From positions 167,710,001 through 167,774,000 of the forward strand of contig OX597814.1 of the NCBI GenBank assembly GCA_951406725.2: a stretch of DNA of 64,000 nt, in the 5' to 3' direction. Source of the stretch: Octopus vulgaris (Eukaryota). Of the stretch, positions 13,305 to 26,612 are shown piece after piece. Made by a program: the position numbers and the translations under genes. Position 1 is the stretch's first letter. Each line of letters starts with the position of its first letter. The notes under the pieces are model-generated. The model made no database searches and was not told the DNA's origin. It was given only the letters and a program-made list of their open reading frames with translations.

Positions 13305-13799
13305 CTAGACAAAATGCTTAGTAGTTTTTCATCTGTCTTTACATTCTGATTTGAAATTCTACCAAAGTTTACTCATCGTTTGTGGGTTAATGAAATAGAT
13401 GCCAGTTGAGCACTGGGGCCAATGAAATCAACTAGTGCTCCCCTACAAAAAAAATTTCTGGTCTTGTGCCTATTGGAGAAAGGATTATTATTTAGTTATT
13501 TTTATTGTATGCTTTTACTGCACTACCAAGTGCAGCTCTTTATGCTTTGGGCATGTGCTGTATTTTCTTTTGGTTTTGTTACTGTTTTGAAAGCACTTTA
13601 TTTAATATGTGTGTGGTACCTAACAGTACTATTTTCAGTATACTGTACTTATTTTTAAGTTCTGGATTGTGTTATCTTTTTTTTTTTTTTCATGAGTTTT
13701 GGTCATTTCACAAGTATCTGTTTATAAAGATTGCTTTTGTTTTTAGGCTTAATATTTATGTTATCTCTTTCCAGACTTTTATATAATTTTTCTATCTCT

Positions 13800-14040
13800 T
13801 CTAGCAATACATTACCATCTTTTGGGTTGTTATGTCAATTAGAAGACATTTCTTTACTTGATGGTCCTTGATAATAATATCTGGCCAGTTAGTTTTGATC
13901 TCCTTGTCAGAGTGTTGCCATTCTAGATCTTTTCTGGTGTATGACTATACCATCTCTTTTTTGTTAGTGTTTCATAATATTGGTATAACTTGCAGTGAAT
14001 GTAAGCACCAGGTCTGTCTTTTCTGTGAATGTATGAAGAT
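13800..14040 (-). mobile_element. R4/Dong-type (RLE) LINE fragment, decayed
   Basis: Minus translation DKEIKTNWPDIIIKDHQVKKCLLIDIT fits the restriction-like endonuclease motif RPD(I/L)...ID. Confidence 0.65.
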
Positions 14041-14049
14041 GTTAAAGTC

Positions 14050-14395
14050 TTGATGTTGTATTTTTGATTGTTTTAAAAAATTGTTAGATACCATTTGCTA
14101 ATTTAGTTAAAATTTTTCAATAGTAGTTTCGCAATATTTCAAAACTTTGACTGTAATAATAATTGCTAATTTAGAATTATATCCAGTGAATGCTTGTCAT
14201 AATTGTGTATTTGTATTACCATAATTTTATAATGGATATTTTAAGTTATTGTAATCTATCTTCAAAGAAATATATCTTTTAGATAGAATGGTAAAGCTTA
14301 TTTAAGTCTTTCTTTCAAAATCATATACCAATGTATTCTTTAAATTTATTTACTTCTCATAGAACAACTGTTAAATCATAAACATTTAATTCTTC
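14050..14395. repeat. AT-rich dispersed repeat, second copy at 16860-17220 (possible Penelope relic)
   Basis: Long shared blocks such as TTGTGTATTTGTATTACCATAATTTTATAATGGATATTTTAAGTTATTGTAAT and GAACAACTGTTAAATCATAAACATTTAATTC. Confidence 0.7.
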
Positions 14396-14802
14396 CTTGG
14401 TTAAGGTCAGGCACCAGAGAGTATGTGGTTAATTGTTTTTTCTCTGTCTCCGCATCCACATATTCTGCAGTTACTTATCATCATCATCATCAACAACAAG
14501 GTGGTGAGATGGCAGAATTGTCAGCATGCTAGACAAAATGCTCAGCATCATTTTATCTGTCTTTATGTTGTGAGTTCAAATGTTATTCTGGGCAACTTTG
14601 CCTTTCATCACTTTGAAGTCAATAAACACTGAGTTTGATGTAACCAACTTACCACTATCCCTAAAATTCCAGGGCAAAATTTGAAACCTTTATTTATTCT
14701 TATTATTATTCTTATTATCTCTAGTGTCGTATTCTGCCAGCAACAAGCTGACAGAATACAATCATTAGTATGTTGGACAAAATGCTTAGCAACATATTTT
14801 CT

Positions 14803-15036
14803 TATTTCTTTATTGCCTACAAAGGGCTAAACATAGAGGGGACAAACAAGAGACTGACAGAGGGATTTAAGTCGATTACATCGAACCCAGTGTGTAACTG
14901 GTACTTAATTTATCGACCCCGAAAGGATGAAAGGCAAAGTTGACCTCGGCGGAATTTGAACTCAGAACGTAACAGCAGATGAAATATCGCTAAGCATTTC
15001 ACCTGGTGTGCTAATGTTTCTGCCAGCTCACCGCCT
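14803..15036 (-). mobile_element. Young SINE-B nested in an older, oppositely oriented SINE-B
   Basis: 17-bp TSD TTAGCAACATATTTTCT at 14786-14802 and 15037-15053. Host copy runs ~14745-14802 plus 15054-15210. Confidence 0.9.
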
Positions 15037-15209
15037 TTAGCAACATATTTTCTAGCTCTCTACAGTCTGTGTTCCAATTCTGTCAAGGTTGACTTTGTCT
15101 TTCATCCTTTCAAAATCAATAGAATAAGTACCAGTTGAGCACTGGAGTTGATGAAATTGCCTAGCACCATCCCACCAAGATTTCAAACCTTGTACCTATA
15201 GTAGACAGG

Positions 15210-15405
15210 ATTATTATTATATTTTCTGTGATGCTTTTGCTCTAGCAGATGTTACATTGATATTATACCAAAAGATCCAGCTATATCCAGGGGGCCAAAG
15301 GTCCTCTGGGTCATTCTTTCTCCTTCAACTTTCCAACACCCTCCTTAGAATCCTTGCTATTCCTAACAAGGCTGTTTTCTGCAGCAGTCCTGTCTTGATG
15401 GTAAT
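15210..15405 (-). mobile_element. R4/Dong-type LINE extreme 3' end
   Basis: Minus translation LQKTALLGIARILRRVLES* is typical of the R4/Dong ORF end; short UTR and (TAA)n tail follow. Confidence 0.7.
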
Positions 15406-15494
15406 TCCTGTTGCTGTTGGTGCTGCTGCTGCTACTGATAATGGTGATGATGATGCTTTTCCTCTTTTTGGGGTTACAAGCTGCCAAAATACCT

Positions 15495-15935
15495 AGTGGT
15501 ATTTCTTTTGGCTCTTTACATTCTGAGTTCAAATTCCACTGGAGATGACTTTATCTTTCTTCCTTTAGGGTCAATAAAATAAGTACCAGTTTAACACTGG
15601 GGTCAGTGTAATCAATTTATCCCCTCTCCTGAAATTGCTGGCCTTTCACCAAAATTTGAAACTGCTATCATCATCATTGTCATCATCATCTTCATCATCA
15701 TCATTATTATTATTAAGGCAGTGAGTTAGCAGAATTGTTCGCATGCAGAACAAAATGCTAAGTGGCATTTCTTCCAGCTTATTACATGCTAAGTTCAAAT
15801 CATGCCACAGTCAATTTTGTCTTTCATGCTTTAAGGGTCAATAATATAAAGTACTAGTCAAATAATGGGATTGATGTAATCAACCAAACTGTGCCTGCCA
15901 AAACTGCTGGCCTTACTCCAACATTTGAAGCCACT
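15495..15935 (+). mobile_element. Two older SINE-B copies in tandem
   Basis: GAGTTCAAAT-type box B and AAGTACYAGT core, present twice. Confidence 0.65.
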
Positions 15936-16425
15936 ATTATTATTATTATTTCTACTTATAGCCCGAATAGACAACTTTTGAGCTTCTCAGTTCAATTTGA
16001 AAATTTTCAAAACTTTGGCAGAGTGTTTGGTTTAATCTCTCTCTCTCTCTCTTTCTCCCTCCCTCTCTTTCTTTCTCTTTCTCCCTCTCTCTCTCTCTCT
16101 CTTTCTCTTCTAGTATGAGATGTAAAAATAGTTAAATGCTGGTTTTAATCTTGACTTAATCAATGGTTAAATGGTTAAATTAAGCAGTACATTTATTTTT
16201 CTCTTCATGTTGCTTATTTCCTTTGTCAGTAGATTCCATTAATTTTTTTTTTTTAAGGGAGCTACTTTTGTTTAATGTTGATTCTTTTTTCTTTCTTTTT
16301 TTAAAGAAATAATGAAATAATTGTTTAAAAGTTTTTTTGACTTTGATATTAATATCCGTATACAGTATTCTCTTTAAAGTAATAAGTTTAATTTTAAAAA
16401 TCCATTTGTTTCTTTTTTTGTTATG

Positions 16426-16612
16426 TTCATCCTATTCTATTTTCTCATTAGTATTTTGGTTTATCATAATAGTGTCAAACTATAAAACTATTTTTTTAGA
16501 CATATCTTGTCTTCATCCTTAAATCTATTTTTTCATTAGTATTTTGGTTTATCATAATAGCATCAAACCACCAAACTATTTTTGTATAAATTTTTTTTTT
16601 CTTCATCCTTAA
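16426..16612. repeat. ~90-bp tandem duplication
   Basis: CATTAGTATTTTGGTTTATCATAATAG...CTTCATCCTTAA occurs twice. Confidence 0.8.
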
Positions 16613-19169
16613 CACCATCAACTAATTCTTCCACACATAGTGAAGCATCATGATTTATTAATTTGTCTTGAACATTTTTTATTCTTTTTTTGTATAAGCA
16701 TTTATGTTATTTCAGATTTAAGATTGGATTTTTACTGTTTCCATTAGCTAGGTTTGGGGCTATTAATCAGAATAATCTTAGAAACCTCATTTATTAAATT
16801 ACCTTTGTTCTAGAGTAGTAAACAACATTTTTACACTGTTGATAAAGATATTAAAATCTTGATGTTATCTGTTCAAATGTTTTTTTTTAAATTATTGATA
16901 CCATTAACCAATTTAGCTAAAATTCTTCGGTAGTAGTATCACAATGTTTTAAAACTATCATTGTAGTAATAATTGCTAATTTGGAATTATATCTAATGAG
17001 TATTCATCATAGTTGTGTATTTGTATTACCATAATTTTATAATGGATATTTTAAGTTATTGTAATTTTTCTTCAAAGAAATGCATCTTTCAGATAAATAG
17101 GTTAGGCCATTAAATTTTCGTTCAGACATCATTACTCTGAAAGTATACTTACTAATGTATACTTCAATTTTATTTATTTACTTCTATTAGAACAACTGTT
17201 AAATCATAAACATTTAATTCATTATTCAATGGTGACTGTCTCTCATGAAGGACCTATTATATTATTTCTGCTTTATATAGATTTTCAGTCCCAGTACTAA
17301 AGATTAGTAAGATCGACTTGGTTGACCTTTACTGTAAAATATCACAGTATAGAGGAATGCATTAATGGATAATTTTTCTCAGAATGGTGGCTGGTGAATA
17401 AGAAGTGGAAGCTTGGTGAAAGGTATAATTTATTAAGAATTCGGATAGATATTGTGAAAATATGAAAGGAGCTAGACAGTGTGAAAAGGATCACATAATT
17501 TATCTGTGTAATAAGATCATTCTATAAATTGTAAAGCCAATAGGAAAATTCTTTGCTTTATATGTAAAAGCAATGTAGAAACTCATTATCCATGTAACCC
17601 GATATTTATAATGTGTAAAACACTGCCAGTTTGAAATGACATCTTTGTACAGAAAGCCAAGTTGTTATAGAGATAATTGATAAGGTCAAGGAAAATCATT
17701 ATATAGGGAACTTTCTGTTATGGAAATTGGTTCAAAGATGAGCTGGCTTACAAAATTTGCAAAATATATTTCTTTGTTAGCAAGATAAAGAAAGACTAAC
17801 TAGATATTTGTCAAGAAGCTTCCTGGAACTTCAACATAGAAACGGTCACTTCATGTAAATATTAAATTGCAACACCTATAATATCATTTTATTGTAGTAA
17901 TGTGATAGCATTGTCATGGTTAAGAATCTCTTTCTCTTTCTATCTTTATATTATATATCTTTATCTCTTTCTCTCAAAGACACGTACATAACAGTAGTTT
18001 TCTTATTAAAGTTTCTGTAGCTTTTCTTTTTATTATTTTGTAAAGCTATTAAGACATATCTACTACTTTTAAACATTTTATTAAGTTTAGTGTCTTTTGC
18101 AGTAATGTGTAAATAGAAAAAGTAATAATCAGTTATCTCCATTATTATATATCATGTATTATGTTTCATGTTTTGGAACTTTTTTTAAGTTAGTTCAGCT
18201 TGAGATTCTGATGGATATGACAAGCACAAATAAGAGAACAATATTAACAAGAACAATGTACATTCCAACCATTGATCCAAAATAGAAGTAAAATAGAAAC
18301 CTAATATTTTTCATTACATATGCTTTATGATTGTATATAATACGATTTGTTATAATATAATTGAAAATGTTCTGAGAGAATATTCTATTCCTTATAATTT
18401 GCTAATATAGCTGTCTATATCAGGTTTTTCTCATTTTAACTCCAGCTGCTATTTCACAGGATAACAATAAATAGAATATATTGTGTATTAAACAAAATGA
18501 ATCCTTCATTGTATCTAAAATCAATGTCTATCTTGGATGAAACAGCACAAATATTAAGCTTAGAACTTAAGAAAATAAAATAATGCTGTGTATGTGTGGA
18601 CAGAAGTAGCAAAATGGTTAAATGGATGAGATGCCCAACTAGCTGCTTCTGGACTATCAGCCAAAATCTACTGCAGATGTTGCAGTGATTCACTCGACCT
18701 AACTGCTGAGACTAGGTAGTGCATCATTTGGTAATGTGGCCTCCTGTAATAAACAGGCATCCTATCCTAAGAAAAATTTAAATCTCATCTATTTCTACTT
18801 CACATCATGAAACTGGATCTAAGAACTAGCTACTGAAGCCCTCTAAGGTGTAGAAGCTACCTGTGTGTGTGTGTGTGTACATGCGTTGCACTTCCATTTA
18901 CAGTTAAGTTCATTAGAAACTTCTGGATTTGCCGCTAGAAATTCAGAATTCTTTGAAATATTTCACAAAATCTTTAGTCCATATCCATATGATGGTTATT
19001 GTAAGGCTGGTGCAGATTTGCAGTTGATACATTTATATGGCTTATTCTATTTCCTGTTAAATATATGCTGTTGGTTTGAGTAAAAAACTTCTATAGCCAT
19101 TCTTAAATAATACAAGCAATATCTTTTATTTTTTATAGTGCTTTTCTCTGCCAAAGTTTACTCATATCA

Positions 19170-19740
19170 TAGGCACAGCCATGGTTGTGTGGTTAGGCAC
19201 TTGCTTCCCAACCACATAGTTCTGGGTTCCGTCACACTGCATGGCACCTTGGGCAAGTATCTTCTGCTATAGCTCTGGGCTGACCAAAGTCTTGTGAGTG
19301 GATTTGATATATGGCAATTGAAAGAAGCCCATCGAGTATATATGTGTGTGCATTTTCGCCCCCAATACCACTTGACAACTAGTGTTGGTGTGTTTATATC
19401 CCCCATAACTTAGCTGTTTGGCAAAAGAGACTAAGAGAACAAGTACCAAGCTTAACCTTCTCGATACCAACCTGGCTGAAACCACCTCTGGCTCTTTAGT
19501 ACAAATGCCTTGTTTTCATAAGTTTTGTATTAAAATCTTCCATCAAACCTTAGTCACAATTTATGTTCCTAACACCAGCTCAATGATAACTTATTTTACT
19601 ACATTCTTTGTTATATTTAAAATCAATTGAAAGAAACACAGAGCATCTCAAAATAAATACAGTAACAAAAGGGTTAAAACAAAAAAGCACTAAAAGTTTT
19701 TCAAGGCAGTGCTCTAGTATGGCTACAGTCCAATGACTGT
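19170..19740 (+). mobile_element. tRNA/CORE-like SINE family A interrupted by a MITE
   Basis: Head plus GGCACCTTGGGCAAGT core; tail resumes after 19677. Confidence 0.75.
19456..19673. mobile_element. piggyBac-like MITE, family 2
   Basis: TTAA at 19452-19455 and 19674-19677; ends CCTT...AAGGG. Confidence 0.8.
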
Positions 19741-21619
19741 TGTTTCAAATATTCCCCAATCCATTGTATTTTAATGTGCCTCTGAAATCACTTCTGGTTC
19801 TGATACATGGCATTTTCATTTTTAACAGTTCAGATTTAAAACCTCTTGACATAATTTTACGTAAAACACTTTTTTGTTAAAATACATTTTAAACACCAAC
19901 TTAATGAAAGTTATTTCCCTGAATCCCTCCAAATACTTGATTATTTTAAAAATCAAATGAAACATACTAGTGGTGCCTTCATTAGAAATGTGAACACAAG
20001 AATTAATAAAGCAAGCAATAGAATGTTTACTTGAGACTAGAAAACATTTTGGCTGTGCTACATAAAAGAAAGATGCATTGGTCTATCTTAAATTTTTTGA
20101 TACTTACGATAAGATCTTGGATCAATCAACAAATTGTTAGTAAATATATTGATTGGTAATTCAATCAAAATAGCAAAAAAGGCAAAGAAAGATCTAAGAG
20201 ACTAAGCATTTTTTTAAAAATTTCATTTCTTGTTGTTGATGTGTGTTCAATAATGTCTGACCTAATAATTTATACACTGATGTTCTACCATAAGTTTAGC
20301 AAGTAGGAATAGTTGTGTTTGTTAATCTAGAGTTTATAGTCTTTTATGATTAGGATCAACATGATTCACGTCCTGACATTTGACATAACATTGTAATGTT
20401 ATATTGTAATTTACTTGTCGTTAAACTGTTGTTAACTATATGATTTTTTTTTTATGTTGACTTTTAAATTCACATCGAGCTAGTCTAATTCGCAGTACTG
20501 TTAGTAACTACATATGTTTTGTTTGTAAGTCTCTCCTTGTGAAATGCTAGTTATATGTGAACATATGATATTTGAAAAGTCAAGTATATATTTTTGCAGA
20601 CTGAAAATAAAATCCCTGTTTCACTCATATGTTTTCACTACTAACCATCATCATTTTATTGTGATAAAGCTACTGTACCTACAGTTCTGAGTTGAAGTTT
20701 TGCTATAGTTTCCTTAACTAAGTCTTCTCTTTGTCATTTTCATTTTGTAAATTTGAGAGATTTTATTCTCTGCATACAGTCTAGGAAAATGTTATAGCTT
20801 GGTGCTTTTATAACACTACTTAATAGGTACAGAATTTTTTTTCCTTTCCTTCCTTTTTTTTTTCAACTAAGCAATGCCTTACACTTGAAGTGTCAGTTGA
20901 TATCTTTAGGTATTTTCACATTTAATTGATTCCATGAGTTCTTTCGAGTTTTGGATGTCTGCAGGAGATTTGAGATTGATTCTTGAATGCAAAACCAAAC
21001 CATTTGTATAGAAGTGACCTTGTGCATTTATTCATACAGGTCTGTTTTTTTAATTAATAACTGAAATGAAATGAAGTAATTTTCAGATAAAATCATGTGA
21101 TTTTACATCCATCTATTGCCTAAAATGACTTAGTAACTGACTATCATAAATAGATAGTTGAAGTGGCAACTATTGTGCTGCAAAAGCATGTTCCCAACAG
21201 GATCAAGTTTTGACCTACTTATGATACATGTCTGGGACTTTTTCACTTCATTTACATTATTCATATTGATTTTAGACAGGTATGAAAATTTCAACTTTTA
21301 CTTCCCCTCCATTTCAAGTAGTAACTAACAATAATGTCTTGATAAGTATTATTGACAATGAGCATTTAGTCAGAAATTGAAGGCATTTTTTAAATATTTT
21401 TTCTTTTAGTGGATTCATTACAATTGTTTAAGATAAATATCTTGGATTCATAGATTGAAACATGGTCTAAATCACTCATAGGCAATCTACAGCCCATGGG
21501 AGTTTCTAAACAGCATACCTACCAAAAGAATTACCTTTAATTTCTTTAGTAGTGCAGCACACCAAATGATGAGTTATGCCTCATGCGGCCTACTTTTTGA
21601 AAAATGTTGCCCGTGCTTA

Positions 21620-22019
21620 GGCACAGGAGTGGCTGTGTGGTAAGTAGCTTGCTTACCAACCACATGGTTCCAGGTTCAGTCCCACTGTGTGGCACCTTGG
21701 GCAAGTGTCTTCTACTATAGCCTTGGGCTGACCAAAGCCTTGTAAGTGGATTTGGTAGACGGAAACTGAAAGAAGCCCGTCATATGTATACATGTATGTG
21801 TGTGTGTATATATTTGTGTGTCTATGTTTCCCCCCAACATCACTTGATAACCGATGCTGGTGTGTTTACATCCCCGTAACTTAGCAGTTTGGCAAAAGAG
21901 ACTGATAGAATAAGTACTAGGCTTACAAAGAATAAGTCCTGGGGTCGATTTGCTTGACTAAAGGCGGTGCTCCAGCATGGCCACAATCAAATGGCTGAAA
22001 CAAGTAAAAGAGAAAAGAG
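21620..22019 (+). mobile_element. SINE family A, full length
   Basis: Box A TGGCTGTGTGG, box B GGTTCAGTCC, CORE-like ACCTTGGGCAAGT, internal (TA/TG)n and tail ...GAAACAAGTAAAAGAG. Confidence 0.85.
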
Positions 22020-22204
22020 TGCTGGATATAAACTGCCATATATGCAAACCTTGCTACTGACCTTGCATCTGCAAAACACTTGTACTTATTTTGTTTGATC
22101 ATGTACAGTATTTAAAACATTTAATGAAACATTAAACAAATGTTTAAATTTGCTACATTAAAAAATTACTATAAAATCCTTAAGAAATATAAGTTTGTAC
22201 TTAA

Positions 22205-22610
22205 CCTTTATCCTTTCGTTTGCACTTTGTTTCAGTCATTGAATTGTGGCCTTGCTGAGACACCCTCTTGAAGGGTCGAATCTAACAACTCAACCCCAGT
22301 TCTTATTTTGGTGGTCTAGTACTTATTCTTTTGGTCTCTTTTGCAGAACAGCTAACTTATGGGGGCCTAAATGAACCAACACCTGTTATCAAGTGGTGGA
22401 GGGGACAAACATGAACACAAAGATATATGCATATACAAATATATAATTGCTTCTTTCACTTTGTCTCTACCAAATTCACTCACAAGGCATATCTTGGCCC
22501 AGGGTGCAGAAGAAGACACATGCCCAAGGTGCTGTGCCATGCGACTGAACCTGAAACCACATGGTTTCAAAGTAGGCTTCTCAACCACACTTCCACACCT
22601 ATGCCTGTTT
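22205..22610 (-). mobile_element. SINE family A, older copy
   Basis: Reverse-complement similarity to 21620-22019. Confidence 0.7.
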
Positions 22611-23124
22611 TTGTATATATTGTATGTAGATGTGAATATAAGATAGAATGAATGTAAAGTAAACAGAGAAAAAGGAGTGAGAGAGAGAGAGAGACAGACC
22701 TGTTGTCATTTGTTTGAAGCTTCATCAACTCCTTCAGATGGCAGTATTTGAAACAAAAACAAATGCATCTTTTAGCTCGACAAATACAGAGTATGATTCA
22801 TTAGATCTGCTAAGCAAACTGTGAGAAAACCAAGTTGAAAATACAATATACTATTAGAGATAATTTTTATGTATGCACTTGTGAAGGAGAAAAAGCAACA
22901 GACAAAGAACAAAGATTTTATTGTATTTACTTTTCACCTTCTTGTTCATTTCTTTCTGAAACAATACCACTAAGGTGAATAAAATGTTTATTCACAATTG
23001 TAGGTTTTTCATATTGATTTTGAATTTTGGTATTGTTTATTCAAGTTGCTATAAACATGATTATTCCACTTTATAGTTATCAAAAGAATACGAACAGTTT
23101 CAACAATGAACGCAACACAATACA

Positions 23125-23169
<45 letters not shown>

Positions 23170-23172
23170 CAT

Positions 23173-23215
<43 letters not shown>

Positions 23216-23355
23216 CACATATACATATATATATATGCACACACATATACATATATACATATATATTATATACACATATATATACATATATATATACATA
23301 TATATATGTGTGTGTGTGTGTGTGTGCACATATATATATATACATATATGTATGT
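23125..23355. repeat. Compound (TA)/(TG)/(CA) microsatellite
   Basis: Direct reading of the sequence. Confidence 0.95.
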
Positions 23356-23754
23356 ATTGTTAATGTCATAAAATTTTATAAATTTTTGAGAGAATATGAA
23401 ATAATTTTTTTTTTAAACAGTGGATCTTGAGACACATAAAACCATGAATAATAGCATATAGATATTGGGTTGAAAAATCTCCTTTGGATAGAACAAGTTG
23501 AAGGCTGTCCATAGGACTTGACACCACATCTCCTGTAGATATGATGGACATTCTACCAGTGGACCAAATTAATCTTTCGAATTTCTACATTCATTTCAGA
23601 AGCTTTATTCTTCCTGTCTACAAAGTATGTGAGTGTGATTATTTTTTCTGTCCAAAAGGGTTTCCAAGTCAATATTTTCATGCTCTAAGTTTTGGCATTA
23701 GATACTTCAAGATCCACTGTTCCAAAAAAGTATTTTGTGTGTGTGCATGTGCAT

Positions 23755-24165
23755 GCAGAGACGTGGCTGTGCGGTTAAGAAGTTCACCTTCCAACCATAT
23801 GTTTCATGTTCAGTCGCATTGTTTACCACCTTGGGTAAGTATCTTCTATCATATCCCTGGACTAAGACAAGCCTTGTGAGTGGATTTAGATGAAAACTTG
23901 CCAAAGCCCATTGTATGTGAGTCTGTGCTTGTGTCTCTTTGTCTTGACATCACATGATAATTGTAAATGGGTGTCACCATCACGCCTATACTCTCATTCA
24001 TTTGTAACCTTCCATGAAAACATGTCTAGACACAGGTAAATTTTACCTTGATTGGAAATAGGTGGGGGTTGGTAACAGGAATTGTATCTAGCCATAAAAT
24101 TCTGCTTCAATAAATTCTTATTGATCCATGCAAGCGTAGAATAATGGACATTAAAATGATGAGTA
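23755..24165 (+). mobile_element. SINE-A variant carrying an RTE-type 3' tail
   Basis: SINE-A head and core, but ends ...CCATGCAAGCGTAGAATAATGGACATTAAAATGATGA like the RTE LINE end. Same layout at 54860-55275. Confidence 0.65.
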
Positions 24166-25229
24166 TATATATTTAATCAACTGAAAGTTACGAAAGTGTT
24201 TCAAGAGCTGAGAGCTTCATGCATAGCACTTGTCAAACTGACTTCAATTCTGGCAGATTCATTCTTATATAGAATGAATTAGAATTTCTGGAATTTTTGA
24301 TTAAACATTAATATTGAGGAGAGGTCACATGAAAATTACAAAATTTTGGATAATCTGCTTATTAAACAGAAAGTTGTTTGGAAATAAAATAAAATGCAAA
24401 CACCAGCTGTCACACACACACACACACATGCACACTTATTAATGTATGTACAAACTTAAAATATACTATACATATTTAAGTTTATACATGCATTAATTTT
24501 CACATGTGAATATATTCATATGTTAATATATAAATACATTTAAATATTGTGTCAATATTTTCCTATGAATACACACAGGAGCTAATTGAATGTGCACGCA
24601 CACACATACATACACATGTACATATCCCTACACACATGCACGTGCGCGCACACACACATTGCCCAAAGTGCCATGTAGTGGAACTGAACCCAAAACCACA
24701 TGATTGCGAAGTGAGTTTCTTAAGCATCCAACTATGCCTGCACTTATTGTTTACTTAATTTGTAAAAATTAATTTTTCTTTTTTGTTGTTGAAATAAAGA
24801 AACAAGACAAAGGGTGACTATTAGCCTATGATAATAGATTTATCTATTTTGTTTTATTTAATTATGTTTCTTTTGTTAGCTTATATTCAGTTCATTAATG
24901 AATAAATTTATCTATGCGTTAGATAGAAAATAAAGTTTAATTAATTAATTAATTACTTCATCAGGCAAATAAAATATCTATCTTTGTTTAATACAAAGGT
25001 AAATAAATATTTGTTTTCTTATTTTATAAAGTAAAAGGATTTTATTCATTTTTGGCCAAAGAAAGAAGAAAGTAGAAATACAATGTAAAGGAAGATGTGA
25101 TAGTAAATTTGTATGTTTATTTTGTTATTCATCAGTAGGCATTATTAGCCAAGAAAAGGGAGTCTTTCAAAACAGGCAGCTGACAGAAGGACCAGCCATT
25201 TTTAGTTGACAGCAGTGTGATAGATAGAT

Positions 25230-25774
25230 TAGACATTGTTGTGTACAGGAAGACATCATACCCAACGAATGGTGTAGCAGCATTATAGTCAATTGTTACA
25301 AGGGCAAAGGAGATGCCTTAACCCTTTAATATTCAAATTACTCTATCAAATGTAATACTTGTTTAATCATACTGTTTCTAATTAATCATGCATTTTCTCA
25401 TAGCTTTGAGATTTTGATGATGTGATTGCATATTTTTTAGAATGACATTGTAGGATAGGTGCTAGAGGCTGGAACTGGTTGGTTTTGAATATAAAGCAGG
25501 TAGAATATTTGGCCCAGATATGGTTGGTTTAAATACTAAACAGTTAAGAGGTATCAAATTGCTGGGACATTCCACGAAAGTTACAAAAAGAAAAGAGTTA
25601 GATGAGATGAGATGAGATGCTTTTTTTTTTTTTTTAAGCTAGGAAGAAGTACTACTGATGCTCTCTTCCAAGTAAGGCAACTGCAGAAGCATTTAGCCAA
25701 AAGTAAACCATTGTACTTGGCTTTTGTTGACCTGGGGAAACCCTTTGAAAGAGTCCCTCACTCCATGATCTGTG

Positions 25775-25834
<60 letters not shown>

Positions 25835-26170
25835 GATATAACCCATGCTAGCATGGAAAGAGGACATTAAACAATGATGATGATTATATATATATATATA
25901 GTCACTGCAGAGGCTAGGCATAAACTGAATGGCTGTTGAGAGCCATTCAAACCATGTACAGGGATGCTGTCAGCAGGTGAGAGTTGGCAACGACCACAGC
26001 AACAAATCCAGTATGCAAGTAGTAGTCCACCAGGGCTTGGCATTCAATTCCTTCCTGTTTATTATAGTGTTCCAGCTCATAACAATGCAGTTTATGACTG
26101 GTTGCCCATGGGACCTCCTCTATGCTGATGAAATATAGCTAAATCTGAGTAGAATTAGAAAACAAATTCC
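25230..26170 (+). mobile_element. RTE LINE reverse-transcriptase fragment, decayed and interrupted
   Basis: GRSTTDALFQVRQLQ...LYLAFVDL and DLLYADE motifs; homologous to 57912-58530. Split by a TTAA MITE and a (CT)n tract. Confidence 0.8.
25322..25543. mobile_element. piggyBac-like MITE, family 1 (inverted)
   Basis: TTAA at 25318-25321 and 25544-25547; reverse complement of 704-923. Confidence 0.75.
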
Positions 26171-26612
26171 AGTATACTCTGTAAAGTGTTTGATGTTAGG
26201 AAGGGTATCTACCCATAGAACCTATGCCTAAGCAGACATTGGAGCTCAACACAGTCCTCTGCCAATCCTTGCCACCATGTAATATAGACATTAAATGAGC
26301 TTCATTCAGTTTCTGTCTGCCAAATCCATTCTCAAGGCTTTGATAAGCCTAGGTTGTAGTAGAAAATACTTGGCCAAGGTGTCACACATCCTTTTGAATA
26401 ATAAGATTGTGGGACCTGCAGTTATGCTACATTTATCCAAATATTGCCTGGAATGTGACAGTTTTCTACATTTTATGAAGAGATTATGGTCCGAATTACT
26501 GTCATTGTTGTACAGTTTGGTTGGATAAAGCTGGACATAAGGTCAGATGGTCATGTAACTACATAAATAGTAGTTGCCCTGAAAATTAAGGTTGTTTTAC
26601 AGAAATTATAAA

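Noticed and set aside
24190-24230. Further hammerhead candidates (also 22700-22745)
   Set aside because: The CTGANGA core is incomplete and stems are unconvincing.
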